Origin: Rhodospirillales bacterium
GTDB lineage: Bacteria; Pseudomonadota; Alphaproteobacteria; Micavibrionales; Micavibrionaceae
Length of the DNA stretch: 64,000 nt
Direction of reading: 5' to 3'
Assembly: GCA_023898785.1 (NCBI GenBank)
Contig: CP060239.1
Span: 1,417,921 to 1,481,920, forward strand
Every line of letters starts with the position of its first letter. Within the stretch, counting starts at the first letter, position 1. Below, piece after piece: positions 1 through 10,301 of the stretch. The position numbers and the translations under genes were made by a program. Under the pieces are notes generated by a model. That model did no database searches. It was not told the origin of the DNA and saw only the letters and a program-made list of their open reading frames with translations.

Positions 1-2
1 AG

Positions 3-281
3 GAGCGCCGCGGTAAAAAGCTTAAAGGCAAGGATGAAGAGCTGTTTGACGGGAGTTTCTGGAGTGCGAAAACGGCGTTGGAGCTGGGGCTGGTTGACGG
101 GTTTGGCGAGGCGAAAAGATTTGCAAAAACGAAGTTTGGCGAAGAAATTAAATTCGTTGAGCTGGGGCCGGAGAGAAAGCTGGTGTCTTCCTTGCTCGGT
201 TCCGGTATGAAAAGCTCACTGGCGGAAGATGCGATTGAGGCTCTCGAAACCAAAGCCGTTTGGAGCCGGTATGGTTTGTAA
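3..281 (+). CDS. C-terminal fragment of an S49-family (SppA/SohB-like) peptidase; 5' end lies outside the window
   Basis: Frame 3 is open from the window edge. The tail ...SAKTALELGLVDGFGE... resembles the C-terminal region of S49 signal-peptide peptidases. Confidence 0.5.
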   Translation, partial: ERRGKKLKGKDEELFDGSFWSAKTALELGLVDGFGEAKRFAKTKFGEEIKFVELGPERKLVSSLLGSGMKSSLAEDAIEALETKAVWSRYGL

Positions 282-342
282 TTTTTAAATGCAAAGGACA
301 TAAAGTCAGACAAAGACAAACAAGGCCCGTTTTGAAGACTTT

Positions 343-804
343 TTAGCCTTTTGTTTTGGAAGAGTTTTTCCTTCTTTTAAGCCAAAGAATCTTGATCCCA
401 GCAAACATCATAAACACCACCAAGATTATATTTGATGCCAGTAATACAGCTTCCATGTATGTAAACCACGGAGCAGCCATCAAACCAAGCGCTGTTAAAA
501 TGAGCAATTTTTTTACCAAACCGGAAAATCCCGCCCAAAGCATGCTCACAATCAAAGGAATCGTAAACAGCAATACAATATCCATTAAAAGGAATATTGA
601 GGAGAATGATTCACAGACACCATCGCCGCAAAAACCGCCCCATCTATAAAACGGCAAGGGAAACCCATATATAACAGACCCGTCCGCCCCTGGTGCCGAC
701 TTAGTGAAATATGTCGTTAGAAACCACAAAATGACTATGAAAAACGCTGCCCCTGCAAAGGCCCAGCTATTCCATTTGCACTTTTTGAAAAGATTCAGAA
801 ACAT
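343..804 (-). CDS. hypothetical integral membrane protein
   Basis: 153-aa ORF with several long hydrophobic stretches and a basic C-terminus. No family recognised. Confidence 0.45.
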   Translation of the reverse strand: MFLNLFKKCKWNSWAFAGAAFFIVILWFLTTYFTKSAPGADGSVIYGFPLPFYRWGGFCGDGVCESFSSIFLLMDIVLLFTIPLIVSMLWAGFSGLVKKLLILTALGLMAAPWFTYMEAVLLASNIILVVFMMFAGIKILWLKRRKNSSKTKG

Positions 805-839
805 TCGATAGAACCTTTCTAACTTTGCGTCTTAAAACT

Positions 840-2342
840 CTACGCTTTCATCTTCTCGCGCAGATATTCGGCGACCTTATCAAGGTGGATGCGCTCTTGT
901 GCCATGGTGTTGCGCTCACGCACGGTGACGGTTTGATCCTCAAGCGTGTCGTTATCAATCGTGAAGCAATAGGGCGTGCCGATTTCATCCTGACGGGCAT
1001 AGCGCTTACCAATATTTTGCTTGATATCGAGATCGACGGGGAATTCCTCGCGCAGTTCCAGATAGAGTTTCTGTGCAATCGGTACATGCTCTTCCTTCGC
1101 GGTCAGCGGCAAAATGGCGGCCTTTTTCGGGGCCATTGCGGGGGTGAAGTTGAGATAGACGCCGGAAGGGCGATTTTCATCCACTGTGTAAGCCTCGCAT
1201 ATCAGTGCCAGCACTCCGCGCGTTAGGCCGGCAGCCGGTTCGATCACGTGGGGAATATAGCGCTCATTATCGCGGGCGGGATCGAGATATTCCATCTTGA
1301 CGCCGGAGTGTTCCTGATGGGATTTCAGGTCGAAATCGCAGCGGTGGGCAATGCCTTCAAGCTCGCCAAAGCCCGGATCGGTGAAGGGGAACTTATATTC
1401 AATGTCCGAGGTGCCGAGACCTTCCTTGGCATAATGGGCCAATTCATCGGCATCGTGTTTACGCATCTCCATATTGCCTTCGGTGAGGCCAACGGATTTC
1501 CAGAATTTAACGCGCTCATCAAACCAGAATTCCTGCCATTTTTTGGCCTCATCGGGGTGGCAGAACCATTCCATTTCCATTTGCTCGAATTCGCGCGAGC
1601 GGAAGATGAAATTGCGCGGGTTCACCTCGTTGCGATAGGCCTTACCGATTTGAGCAATCCCGAAGGGCATTTTCACGCGCGTTGAATCGAGCACGTTTTT
1701 GTAATTCAGGAAGATGCCTTGGGCGGTTTCAGGGCGCAGATAAACCTTGTTTTCTTCGCTTTGAATCGGCCCGGCATGGGTTTCAAACATCAGGTTGAAG
1801 GCTTTAGGCTCGGTCAGCGTGCCAGGCTCTTTGGTGTCCGGGCCGATAATCTTCGCGTAATCTTCGATCGGCAATTTGGTCAAATTGATCTTTTCAAATA
1901 ATGACAGATCGGAAGGCATGCCAAGCTTTTTGAGCTTTTTCTCCATTTCGGAATCTTCGGTTTCTTCGTGGAATGCGGGCCAGCGGTCGGCCTTTTCCGA
2001 AGTCAGGACGATGAGATGATCCTGCCGGTAGCGTTTCTTGGTTTCCCTACAATCGACCATCGGGTCTGAAAAGCCCCCGACATGGCCCGAAGCCACCCAG
2101 GTTTTAGGGTTTTGGATAATGGCCGAATCGATCCCGACAATATCGACCGGCGCACCATCGGGGCCGAGCGGCGGGGTGATAACCATCGCCTTCCACCAGC
2201 GGTCACGCAGGTTGTTTTTCAGCTCCACGCCCAGCGGGCCGAAATCCCAAAAACCATTCAGGCCGCCATAAATATCACTGGCTGGAAAAATAAATCCACG
2301 GCGTTTACACAGCGCGACGATGTCTTTCATATCAACAGGCAC
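840..2342 (-). CDS. glyQS: glycine--tRNA ligase, single-chain alpha2 (GlyQS) type
   Basis: The N-terminus ...CKRRGFIFPASDIYGGLNGFWDFGPLGVELKNN... is the hallmark of dimeric GlyRS. Proposed start is GTG at 2342, 7 nt after GAGGAG; the track ORF extends to a TTG at 2357. Confidence 0.85.
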   Translation of the reverse strand: MPVDMKDIVALCKRRGFIFPASDIYGGLNGFWDFGPLGVELKNNLRDRWWKAMVITPPLGPDGAPVDIVGIDSAIIQNPKTWVASGHVGGFSDPMVDCRETKKRYRQDHLIVLTSEKADRWPAFHEETEDSEMEKKLKKLGMPSDLSLFEKINLTKLPIEDYAKIIGPDTKEPGTLTEPKAFNLMFETHAGPIQSEENKVYLRPETAQGIFLNYKNVLDSTRVKMPFGIAQIGKAYRNEVNPRNFIFRSREFEQMEMEWFCHPDEAKKWQEFWFDERVKFWKSVGLTEGNMEMRKHDADELAHYAKEGLGTSDIEYKFPFTDPGFGELEGIAHRCDFDLKSHQEHSGVKMEYLDPARDNERYIPHVIEPAAGLTRGVLALICEAYTVDENRPSGVYLNFTPAMAPKKAAILPLTAKEEHVPIAQKLYLELREEFPVDLDIKQNIGKRYARQDEIGTPYCFTIDNDTLEDQTVTVRERNTMAQERIHLDKVAEYLREKMKA

Positions 2343-2692
2343 GAAAAATCTCCTCAAATACCCATATAAATTTTATTACTTTGGTTTTATTCACCATGGA
2401 GGTGCGCAGAGCAGCAATCCTGTGTGAATAATGCCCCACAATGGCCTGATTGCACATCAAAAACAAGCGTTTTTCAACCCGCCCCGCTTGGCAAGCACGG
2501 CGGAAGAATAACTGATTTTATTAAACAGAGCGAAGAAAAAATAACTTAATAAATTTAGTTTTATAAGTTAAATAGTATTAATTTAAAGTATTATTTCTTA
2601 ATAATTCTATTTTGTTTTTGTATATGTATAAATATTGTTTGTTTTTGTATTATATAAATCCTCTGTATATACATATTTATCCCTTATTTTTC

Positions 2693-2720
2693 TTGACTTT
2701 TTATGTTTTTACTGTATTTA
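2693..2720 (+). promoter_or_regulatory. putative sigma70-type promoter (TTGACT, 16 nt spacer, TATTTA) inside an extremely AT-rich tract
   Basis: TTGACT at 2693-2698 and TATTTA at 2715-2720, about 30 nt upstream of a very strong SD (AAAGGAGGAGG) and the ATG at 2749. Confidence 0.35.
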
Positions 2721-2748
2721 TTTACAATAACTGAGAAAGGAGGAGGCT

Positions 2749-3054
2749 ATGTCTAGTATTATGCAACACACGCATGCGCCCTCTTCTGTTGCAGGGTACA
2801 AAGAGGTGACTCCCGACATGCGTGATACCGTCAAAAAGGAGATCACCAGTGGCAACACAAGCGATATGACCGGCGAGCATGTTCATACAGGCGATCCAAT
2901 GATCGAGGCTTTTGAAGACGCTGAGTGGGTAAGCGCTTTTGACTTTGATGTGGGCGTGTTCAATATGGCAGCTAGCAATAATTCGCTCTTTTGGTCTTAT
3001 GAGGAAGAAGAGGAGGAAGGGGAAGAAGAGAGTCTGGAGCCTGAAGCCGCATAA
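2749..3054 (+). CDS. small acidic hypothetical protein with poly-Glu C-terminal tail
   Basis: 101-aa ORF with SD AAAGGAGGAGG 4-5 nt before the ATG. The C-terminus is ...SYEEEEEEGEEESLEPEAA. No family recognised. Confidence 0.6.
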   Translation: MSSIMQHTHAPSSVAGYKEVTPDMRDTVKKEITSGNTSDMTGEHVHTGDPMIEAFEDAEWVSAFDFDVGVFNMAASNNSLFWSYEEEEEEGEEESLEPEAA

Positions 3055-3195
3055 AAATTCCAGGCTCAGAACTTATTGATTATGAATTCACAAGATAGTT
3101 GGTATGCGATTCACTTGTGATGAGGGGGGTATCATCAGTAAATCATATTCCTGACCTGCTGTGAATCGTTAATGTTTATAGGTCCTGAGCCCAAG

Positions 3196-3990
3196 TTAAA
3201 CCCCGCAATTATCAATCAGCCGCGTTTTGCCTAGCCATGCGGCGGTAAGTACGCGCTTCCATTCCGGCCTATAGGCTACATAATCGACCTTATCAAACCC
3301 TGCCTCAACAAGCATCGCCGCCGCTTCTTCCAGAGCTTCATTACTTGGGTTCTCTGCTGCCTTGTAAACCACCTGATTAAGCATTCTGGCAATCTCCAGC
3401 TCGCCTGCGCCCAAATACGCATTGCGCGAGGAGAGCGCCAGGCCGAATTTATCCCGCGCAATCGGTCCGCCAAGGATCTCGATACCCATGTCCTTATCCA
3501 CTACCATCTCGTGGATCACCTGTAATTGCTGAAAATCTTTTTCGCCAAACACCGCCACATCAGGCTCCACGGCTTTAAAAAGCCGGTAAACTACGCTCAC
3601 CACCCCGTCAAAGAAATGCGGGCGGAAATCACTCTCTAAACCCGCTGCCGCCGCACCTGCTTTTTGATCGCTCACCGCGCCCTCAGGATAAAGATCGCCT
3701 TCTGTGGGCGCATAAACCGCATCCACGCCTGCAGACTTCAGCAATTCCACATCGCTTTCCAGATCACGGGGATAGGTATCAAAATCTTCATGCGGGGCAA
3801 ATTGTGTTGGATTAACGAAAATGCTTACAACGACCTTATCGGCTTTCCCGCGCGCTAGCCGCATCAGGCTCAAATGCCCTTCGTGCAACGCCCCCATCGT
3901 CGGCACAAACGCTATGCGTAGGCCTTGCGCTTTCCAGTCTTGTACAAGGACCTGTAAATCTTTCTGGGTATGGTGAACGCTTAAGCTCAT
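3196..3990 (-). CDS. panC: pantoate--beta-alanine ligase
   Basis: Motif ...[15 protein letters not shown]... and overall PanC layout. Overlaps panB by 4 nt. Confidence 0.9.
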   Translation of the reverse strand: MSLSVHHTQKDLQVLVQDWKAQGLRIAFVPTMGALHEGHLSLMRLARGKADKVVVSIFVNPTQFAPHEDFDTYPRDLESDVELLKSAGVDAVYAPTEGDLYPEGAVSDQKAGAAAAGLESDFRPHFFDGVVSVVYRLFKAVEPDVAVFGEKDFQQLQVIHEMVVDKDMGIEILGGPIARDKFGLALSSRNAYLGAGELEIARMLNQVVYKAAENPSNEALEEAAAMLVEAGFDKVDYVAYRPEWKRVLTAAWLGKTRLIDNCGV

Positions 3991-4814
3991 GAGGCCTTTT
4001 TAACCTTTCCGGCTGCGCTCATGCCATAAAGCTGCGCTTCAGCAGGAAACGCCCGTGCCCGCACATCGGCGGCATAGCGCGCCGCGGCATCTCCAATTAT
4101 CTCGCCAACCTGCGCATATTGTTTGACGAATTTCGGGACATGCCCGCTGGTAATCCCGACCATATCCTCGCTCACCAGAATTTGCCCGTCGCACACAGCC
4201 GAGGCACCAATCCCGATTGTTGGAACGCCCGCAGCCAGCGTAATTTCCGCTGCCACAGACTCAATCGTCGCCTCAATCACAAACGCGCTCACGCCGGCTG
4301 CTTCAATCGCTTTTGCATCAGCCAAAAGCTGCGCCTCGCTGTCAGCCGAACGCCCCTTAACCCTAAAACCTGTCTCTTTAGTCACCGATTGCGGCATCAG
4401 GCCAATATGCCCGATCACCGGAATGCCTGCCTTGACGAGCGTTTTAATCGTCGCGGCCATCTCTACCCCACCCTCCAGCTTTACGCCCTGCGCTCCGGTT
4501 TCATCCATGACCCGCCTTGCATTGTTTAAGGCCTGCGCAGGGGACTCTTCATAACTCCCAAACGGCATATCAACAATCACGCAGGATCGTGTGGAGCCAC
4601 AGGTCACAGCCCGGCCATGATTGATCATCATCTCCAGCGATACGCCCTGCGTAGAGTCCATACCATACAACACCATGCCCATAGAATCGCCGACCAGAAG
4701 CAAGTCGCAATGCGGATCAAGGATCTGCGCAATCCGCGCCGTATAGGCGGTCAGGCACACCAGCGGCTCGGGCTGGTTTTTATGGGATTTGATTTCTTCG
4801 ATCGTTTTTCTCAT
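3987..4814 (-). CDS. panB: 3-methyl-2-oxobutanoate hydroxymethyltransferase
   Basis: ...CLTAYTA...[11 protein letters not shown]... is typical PanB. The ATG at 4814 is preceded by AAGAGG; the track ORF extends to a TTG at 4838. Confidence 0.9.
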   Translation of the reverse strand: MRKTIEEIKSHKNQPEPLVCLTAYTARIAQILDPHCDLLLVGDSMGMVLYGMDSTQGVSLEMMINHGRAVTCGSTRSCVIVDMPFGSYEESPAQALNNARRVMDETGAQGVKLEGGVEMAATIKTLVKAGIPVIGHIGLMPQSVTKETGFRVKGRSADSEAQLLADAKAIEAAGVSAFVIEATIESVAAEITLAAGVPTIGIGASAVCDGQILVSEDMVGITSGHVPKFVKQYAQVGEIIGDAAARYAADVRARAFPAEAQLYGMSAAGKVKKAS

Positions 4815-4837
4815 CTGGCCTCTTGAGATTTTGGACA

Positions 4838-6280
4838 ATGCGCCCTAAATTCCAAATTATGCTTACCAAAGTTTTCGTACTGTTGCTAGCTCTTTGCGCC
4901 GTAAACGTAAACCCTGCGGCGGCGCAAACAAAGCTGTTGCCGCAAAGCCAGCAGCAAATCCAGCTCTCCTTCGCACCGCTGGTTAAACAAACCGCCCCTG
5001 CCGTTGTTAATATATATACAAAACGTACCGTATCACAAAGAAGCGTGCATCCCTTCGCTCGCGATCCCTTCTTTGCACCCTTCTTCCGCGATGACTTTTT
5101 CGGTGGACGCATGCGCAAACAAATCGAAAGTGCGCTCGGCTCCGGTGTGATTCTTGCATCCGACGGTTTGGTGGTCACCAACGCCCATGTTATCCGAGAT
5201 GCCGATGAGATTACGGTCGTGCTCAGTGATGGCCGGGAGTTTGAGGCCCGCCTTGCACTGGCCGATGAGCCATCTGATTTGGCGTTGTTGCGCATTGATG
5301 ATCTTCGCGGCGAATCCTTACCTTATGTATCTCTCAAGCCCAGCGAAACGCTGGAAGTTGGTGATATAGTGCTGGCCATCGGCAACCCGTTCGGTGTCGG
5401 CCAGACGGTCACCAGCGGCATTGTCTCTGCACAAGGGCGCTCTTCGCTCGACATTAACGACTTTAACTTCTTCATCCAGACCGACGCAGCGATTAACCCT
5501 GGCAATTCCGGCGGCGCACTGGTCGCACTGGATGGCGGCGTGGTCGGAATCAACTCTGCGATTTATTCCCGTGATGGCGGCTCGCTGGGCATCGGCTTTG
5601 CGATTCCATCCGAAATGGTCGCCAGCGTAATCGCTGCGGAAAAAGCCGGTCAAAGCGGCGCGCGCGGTGTAATTCGCCCATGGCTTGGTGTTACCTCGCA
5701 AAATCTCAGCGCTGACATTGCTGCCTCACTGGGCCTCAAAACGCCGCACGGCACATTGATCAATGCACTGCACCCGGCCAGCCCGCTCAAAAAAGCCGGG
5801 GTGAAAGTCGGTGATGTTATTCTTTCGCTCAATGATAAGGAAATTCGTGACGCCTCAGAAATGAAATTCCGCATGGCCACCGTGCCCCTGGGCGATAAGG
5901 CTAAGGTCACGCTAATGCGTCAGGACCAGAAGCTGAATGTCTATGTCGAGGCGATGGCTCCGCCTGAGGATCCGCCGCGCGATGAAACATCTTTAAGCGG
6001 CGAGCACGCGCTGAATGGCGCGGTGGTTGGTAACGTCAATCCGGCCGTTGCGCTGGAGCTGGGTCTGAGCAGCGATGCACAAGGGATTGTTGTGCTGAAA
6101 GTTGCGCGCGCCAGCCGCGCCGCGCGGGTGCTCTCACCCGGTGATCTGCTGGTTGAGATCAATGGCCGCAAGATTAACGATGTGAAGGACATCGAAAAAG
6201 CGCTTAACCGTGGAAGCGGGCAGGGACTCTCGCTGGTCATTCAAAGCGGCGGGCGCCTGCAACGCATCGTGATTCGCTAA
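4838..6280 (+). CDS. periplasmic serine endoprotease, DegP/HtrA (Do) family, two PDZ domains
   Basis: Signal-like N-terminus, trypsin-like core with GNSGGAL, and two PDZ-like C-terminal segments. Start is uncertain (TTG 4823, ATG 4838 or ATG 4859). Confidence 0.85.
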   Translation: MRPKFQIMLTKVFVLLLALCAVNVNPAAAQTKLLPQSQQQIQLSFAPLVKQTAPAVVNIYTKRTVSQRSVHPFARDPFFAPFFRDDFFGGRMRKQIESALGSGVILASDGLVVTNAHVIRDADEITVVLSDGREFEARLALADEPSDLALLRIDDLRGESLPYVSLKPSETLEVGDIVLAIGNPFGVGQTVTSGIVSAQGRSSLDINDFNFFIQTDAAINPGNSGGALVALDGGVVGINSAIYSRDGGSLGIGFAIPSEMVASVIAAEKAGQSGARGVIRPWLGVTSQNLSADIAASLGLKTPHGTLINALHPASPLKKAGVKVGDVILSLNDKEIRDASEMKFRMATVPLGDKAKVTLMRQDQKLNVYVEAMAPPEDPPRDETSLSGEHALNGAVVGNVNPAVALELGLSSDAQGIVVLKVARASRAARVLSPGDLLVEINGRKINDVKDIEKALNRGSGQGLSLVIQSGGRLQRIVIR

Positions 6281-6286
6281 GGCATT

Positions 6287-6313
6287 AAAAAAGGCGCTTA
6301 TTTAAGCGCCTTT
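6287..6313. terminator. bidirectional hairpin terminator (9-bp stem AAGGCGCTT/AAGCGCCTT, 4-nt loop)
   Basis: Perfect inverted repeat flanked by an A-run upstream and T's downstream. It lies between the convergent degP-like gene and ORF 6335-6562. Confidence 0.55.
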
Positions 6314-6334
6314 CAACCTTGATGTCTATTTAAT

Positions 6335-6562
6335 TCAATGCAGGTCATGTTCAGGCTTGTCTAGCCCTGGTGAAAAGAAAGGTTCTTGTGCAAGGCTCAA
6401 AGTAAGGTAACAAGACCAAAATCTTTCATCTCCTTGTCTTCTAGCATCAACAGTGGCATTTGTAATACCGCGTTGGAACAGGTAGATGGAATTCTGATCA
6501 ACCTTACCATCCGGCCCCTTGACCTGAGAGGGATCATTCATCGGTATAAGTGAAGCACTCAT
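6335..6562 (-). CDS. hypothetical small protein (75 aa)
   Basis: Strong SD (AAGGAGAAG) 6 nt before the ATG, bracketed by two hairpin terminators. No family recognised. Confidence 0.45.
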   Translation of the reverse strand: MSASLIPMNDPSQVKGPDGKVDQNSIYLFQRGITNATVDARRQGDERFWSCYLTLSLAQEPFFSPGLDKPEHDLH

Positions 6563-6743
6563 AATCTTCTCCTTGATTTACGCGCATGGTACCAGAAAAC
6601 GCAAAAAATTGCAAGTTTATATGAAAAAGAGACGCCAGAATTGGGAAGCGCTTAAGGCAAGAGGGACTACCTCCTGTACAACATACCGCCTCCGGGCTCA
6701 TTCATCCACGGCTAAAGCCGTGGTGTTCTGTCTTCGACCACAT

Positions 6744-6775
6744 AAAAAACGGGCCCGTAACGGCCCGCTTTTCTT
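6744..6775 (-). terminator. rho-independent terminator downstream of rplQ
   Basis: GC stem CGGGCC/GGCCCG followed on the minus strand by TTTTTT. Located about 30 nt after the rplQ stop. Confidence 0.6.
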
Positions 6776-6803
6776 TGAATTTATAACGCTTTGACGTTTA
6801 GGT

Positions 6804-7436
6804 TTAGGCGCCGCGCTTAGAGCTTGTTGATTTGTTAGGCGCTTTTTTAGGCGCGGCTTTTTTTGCTCCGGCTTTTTCGCCTTTTTCAGCCTTAGGAGTG
6901 ACTTTCTTTTTCTCGGCTGGTTTTTTCTCGGCTGGTTTTTTCTCGGCTTTAGCTTTTTCGGCTTTTTCTTTATTCTTTGCTACGGTTTCTTTCAATTCTT
7001 CGGACGCTCCCACCGGCATGTCCTCGAAAACAGGACCAGAATCTTTGCCTTTGGCTTCGACGTCACGATCGACCAGCTCGATTACCGCCATCGGCGCGGC
7101 ATCGCCATAGCGGAAACCGGCTTTCAGAACGCGGGTATAACCACCAGAGCGTCCTTCGTAGCGCTCAGCCAGGACATCAAAGATTTTGCTAACCATAGCT
7201 TCGTCACGCATTTTGGAGATGGCCTGACGGCGTTTTCCAAGTGCAGTGGCCGGGTTGGCACTGGCTTGTTTACCCAATGTGATGAGTTTTTCGATATAGG
7301 GCTTGAGTTCCTTGGCTTTGGGCAAGGTCGTAGTGATCTGCTCATGTTTAACCAAGCTTGCCGCCATATTTGCCAGCATTGCCTTACGGTGGCTGGAGTC
7401 ACGGTTTAGTTTACGTTGTTTGATACGATGTTTCAT
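6804..7436 (-). CDS. rplQ: 50S ribosomal protein L17 with long Lys/Ala/Glu/Pro-rich C-terminal extension
   Basis: N-terminus [24 protein letters not shown]... is canonical L17. At 210 aa it is much longer than the usual L17. Confidence 0.95.
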   Translation of the reverse strand: MKHRIKQRKLNRDSSHRKAMLANMAASLVKHEQITTTLPKAKELKPYIEKLITLGKQASANPATALGKRRQAISKMRDEAMVSKIFDVLAERYEGRSGGYTRVLKAGFRYGDAAPMAVIELVDRDVEAKGKDSGPVFEDMPVGASEELKETVAKNKEKAEKAKAEKKPAEKKPAEKKKVTPKAEKGEKAGAKKAAPKKAPNKSTSSKRGA

Positions 7437-7625
7437 CGAATCGTCCTTTCTGCACCACCTTTGGCGCGGCTGCGACTTTAAACGGGTAAAGCCATTTTAC
7501 ATAATGCAAACCCTCTGGGGAGAGATTAGCTGAGAGTATGTTGTTTTCCCGGCCTTGTTCGCATGTGGGGTACTCACCCCTATTTTTAAATGGGGCCCCG
7601 CAATGCCGCAGCCCCACATCAAACC

Positions 7626-8642
7626 CTAGAATTGTTGATCATCCGCCTTTTTGGCCAGATCTTCAATATTTTCCGGCGGCCAGCCTTCAACCTGCATGCC
7701 CAGATGCAAGCCCATGATGGTCAGCACTTCCTTGATCTCGTTCAGAGATTTCCGGCCGAAGTTCGGTGTACGAAGCATGTCGCTTTCGCTTTTCTGAACC
7801 AGATCCCCAATGTAAACGATGTTGTCGTTTTTCAGGCAATTGGCAGAGCGAACAGAAAGTTCAAGCTCTTCAACCTTTTTCAGCAGGTTTTTGTTGAACG
7901 GCAATTCATGCTCTTCTTCTTTCTCGGTGGCCACTTCCGGCTCATCGAAGTTCACAAAGACTTGCAATTGATCCTGCAAGATGCGCGCCGCGAAGGCCAC
8001 AGCATCTTCCGGCGTGATAACGCCGTTTGTTTGCAATGTCAAAGTCAGCTTATCATAGTCGGTGATTTGGCCAACGCGAGTATCTTCGACTTCGTAGGTG
8101 ACTTTGCGGATCGGTGAGAACACGCTGTCGACCGGAATGAGGCCCACAGGGGCTTCTTCCGGGCGGTTTTGTGCAGCCGGACGGTAGCCTTTGCCTGTAT
8201 CCACGGTCATTTCCATGGAGAGCTTGGCACCTTTGTCCAGTGTGCAAATCACCAGATCAGGGTTCATAATTTCAATGTCAGCACCCGCTTCGATTTGTGC
8301 GGCGGTGACTTCGCAAGGGCCTTCTGCGGAAAGGCGCATTTTCTTCGGTCCCTCGGCATGCATGCGCACAGCCAAAGCTTTGATGTTCAGGATGATGTCT
8401 GTGACATCTTCGCGAACGCCTTCTATGGACGAAAATTCGTGCAATACACCATCGATTTGCACAGCTGTAACGGCAGCGCCTTGCAAAGATGAGAGCAGGA
8501 TCCGGCGCAGGGCGTTGCCCAGCGTTAAGCCAAAGCCACGCTCCAAAGGTTCTGCGACGACTTTCCCGGTGTTGGGAACTTCTGAGTGTGAAATATCGAG
8601 TTTGCTTGGCTTAATCAGTTCTTGCCAGTTTTTCTGTATCAT
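7626..8642 (-). CDS. rpoA: DNA-directed RNA polymerase subunit alpha
   Basis: [15 protein letters not shown]... is canonical RpoA. The ATG at 8642 is preceded by GAAGGA; the track ORF starts at an upstream GTG. Confidence 0.95.
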   Translation of the reverse strand: MIQKNWQELIKPSKLDISHSEVPNTGKVVAEPLERGFGLTLGNALRRILLSSLQGAAVTAVQIDGVLHEFSSIEGVREDVTDIILNIKALAVRMHAEGPKKMRLSAEGPCEVTAAQIEAGADIEIMNPDLVICTLDKGAKLSMEMTVDTGKGYRPAAQNRPEEAPVGLIPVDSVFSPIRKVTYEVEDTRVGQITDYDKLTLTLQTNGVITPEDAVAFAARILQDQLQVFVNFDEPEVATEKEEEHELPFNKNLLKKVEELELSVRSANCLKNDNIVYIGDLVQKSESDMLRTPNFGRKSLNEIKEVLTIMGLHLGMQVEGWPPENIEDLAKKADDQQF

Positions 8643-8759
8643 TTGGTTTTTCCTTCTCACTTCATCCGGTTCTTAGCCGGCCTCTTAGTTGGGTTAAAAA
8701 ATCTTCTTTGAAGAGGCCCCACCAACTCCTTTTGGTAATCGGGGGGACGTCTTCGGCAA

Positions 8760-9149
8760 TTACACGCGGCGGCGTTTCGGCGGACGGCATCCGTTGTGCG
8801 GAATAGGCGTCACGTCATTGATCTGCTTGATCGTAAAGCCGATGTTTTGCAAAGCCCGCAGTGCGCTTTCGCGGCCTGAGCCAGGGCCTTTGACGCGAAC
8901 GTCAACTTCTTTCATACCGTGTTCCTGCGCCTTGCGGCCAGCATCTTCAGCCGCCATCTGGGCAGCGTAAGGCGTCGATTTACGAGAGCCTTTGAACCCC
9001 ATCATCCCGGCAGAAGACCATGACACAACATTGCCTTGCTTATCGGTAAAGGAGATCAACGTATTGTTGAATGTTGAGTTTACAATCACATCGCCAGAGA
9101 CGATGTTCTTTTTCTCTTTTCTTTTTGCTTTTGTCTTTGGTTTAGCCAT
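8760..9149 (-). CDS. rpsK: 30S ribosomal protein S11
   Basis: Canonical S11 sequence and position between rpsM and rpoA. Confidence 0.95.
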   Translation of the reverse strand: MAKPKTKAKRKEKKNIVSGDVIVNSTFNNTLISFTDKQGNVVSWSSAGMMGFKGSRKSTPYAAQMAAEDAGRKAQEHGMKEVDVRVKGPGSGRESALRALQNIGFTIKQINDVTPIPHNGCRPPKRRRV

Positions 9150-9163
9150 TTTTTACGCCCTCC

Positions 9164-9535
9164 TTACTTCTTCTTACCGGCAATCGGTTTTGCAGGGCCT
9201 TTGCGCGTACGGCAATTTGTTTTTGTACGCTGACCGCGAACAGACAAGCCATTACGGTGGCGCAGGCCACGATAGCATTTCATGTCCAACAACCGCTTGA
9301 TGTTCATGGATGTCTCGCGGCGCAGATCCCCTTCGATCATATAGGCGTCGGTGTCGATTTCGGCGCGGATGCGATTGAGTGTATCTTCGTCCAGTTCACC
9401 CATGCGCTTTTGTACATCGATTCCCAATTTGTCACAGATTTTAAAAGCGGTGGTACGGCCAATGCCATGAATATAGGTCAGGGCAATCGGCGTACGTTTT
9501 TTGTCGGGTACGTTAACCCCGGCAATACGTGCCAT
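9164..9535 (-). CDS. rpsM: 30S ribosomal protein S13
   Basis: [10 protein letters not shown]... is canonical S13. Confidence 0.95.
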   Translation of the reverse strand: MARIAGVNVPDKKRTPIALTYIHGIGRTTAFKICDKLGIDVQKRMGELDEDTLNRIRAEIDTDAYMIEGDLRRETSMNIKRLLDMKCYRGLRHRNGLSVRGQRTKTNCRTRKGPAKPIAGKKK

Positions 9536-9605
9536 TTCATTTTCCTTTCAATTTCAACTGAACCGTAAATGGCTCCGCGCGTTAAGCTTTCACCAGCCGG
9601 TTCAT

Positions 9606-9640
9606 AAACCAAAACACCCACAATAATGGGATTGTGGGTG
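9606..9640 (-). terminator. rho-independent terminator downstream of adk
   Basis: 10-bp stem CACCCACAAT/ATTGTGGGTG followed on the minus strand by TTTTGGTTT. Confidence 0.65.
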
Positions 9641-9713
9641 CAATATAGGGATTTTGGTCCTCGCGTCAACTAAATAATTCGCACGGTAAAGCCTGACCTT
9701 GCGCAACGAAAGC

Positions 9714-10280
9714 TTATTTTAAAACGGCGTCGATCTGGGCCGTTACGTCCGTGATTGATTGCATACCATCAATATGGCGCAAAATGCCGTGATTTTTGTA
9801 ATATGGCAGCACGGGCGCGGTCTGATCATTATAGACTTTCAACCGGTTTTTGAGGGTTTCGGCATTGTCATCGCTGCGTTGGCCCCCGGTTTCAGCCGCA
9901 CGGGTCTGGATGCGGTCGATCAGGGCCTCTTCATCGACTTCCAGCACAATGACGTGATCGAGCTTGCGGCCCATATGGGACAACATATTATCCAAGACTT
10001 CGGCTTGGTCGACTGTGCGCGGGAAACCGTCAAGGATGAAGCCTTTTTCGCATTCAGGTTCGGAAATGCAGTTGGCGATGATTTCGATGATAATTTCGTC
10101 GGAGACGAGTTCGCCGGAATCCATAATAGACTTGAGGCGTTTGCCCATATTGGAGCCAGAAGCTACCTCCCCGCGCAGCATATCGCCGGTCGAAAGCTGT
10201 TTGATACGGTATTTGTCCTGAATGAGTTTGGCTTGTGTGCCTTTACCGGCACCGGGGGGGCCGAACATAATCAAGTTCAT
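9714..10280 (-). CDS. adk: adenylate kinase (short-LID form)
   Basis: P-loop [10 protein letters not shown] and a short LID segment (...[16 protein letters not shown]...); 188 aa. Confidence 0.93.
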   Translation of the reverse strand: MNLIMFGPPGAGKGTQAKLIQDKYRIKQLSTGDMLRGEVASGSNMGKRLKSIMDSGELVSDEIIIEIIANCISEPECEKGFILDGFPRTVDQAEVLDNMLSHMGRKLDHVIVLEVDEEALIDRIQTRAAETGGQRSDDNAETLKNRLKVYNDQTAPVLPYYKNHGILRHIDGMQSITDVTAQIDAVLK

Positions 10281-10301
10281 TTGTTGTTCCTTTTATTTTT
10301 T

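Noticed and set aside
3107-3168. Nested inverted repeats (CGATTCAC/GTGAATCG around TGATGA-GGGGGGTA-TCATCA) between the acidic ORF and panC
   Set aside because: It could be a convergent terminator, but neither strand has a following U-tract and the stems are short. Not confident enough to call.
4780-5295. 171-aa minus-strand ORF overlapping the panB start and the degP-like 5' region
   Set aside because: It overlaps two well-supported genes, is Ser/Arg-rich and has no RBS.
9478-9669. 63-aa minus-strand ORF in the adk-rpsM spacer
   Set aside because: It contains the adk terminator hairpin and overlaps the rpsM start, with no SD.
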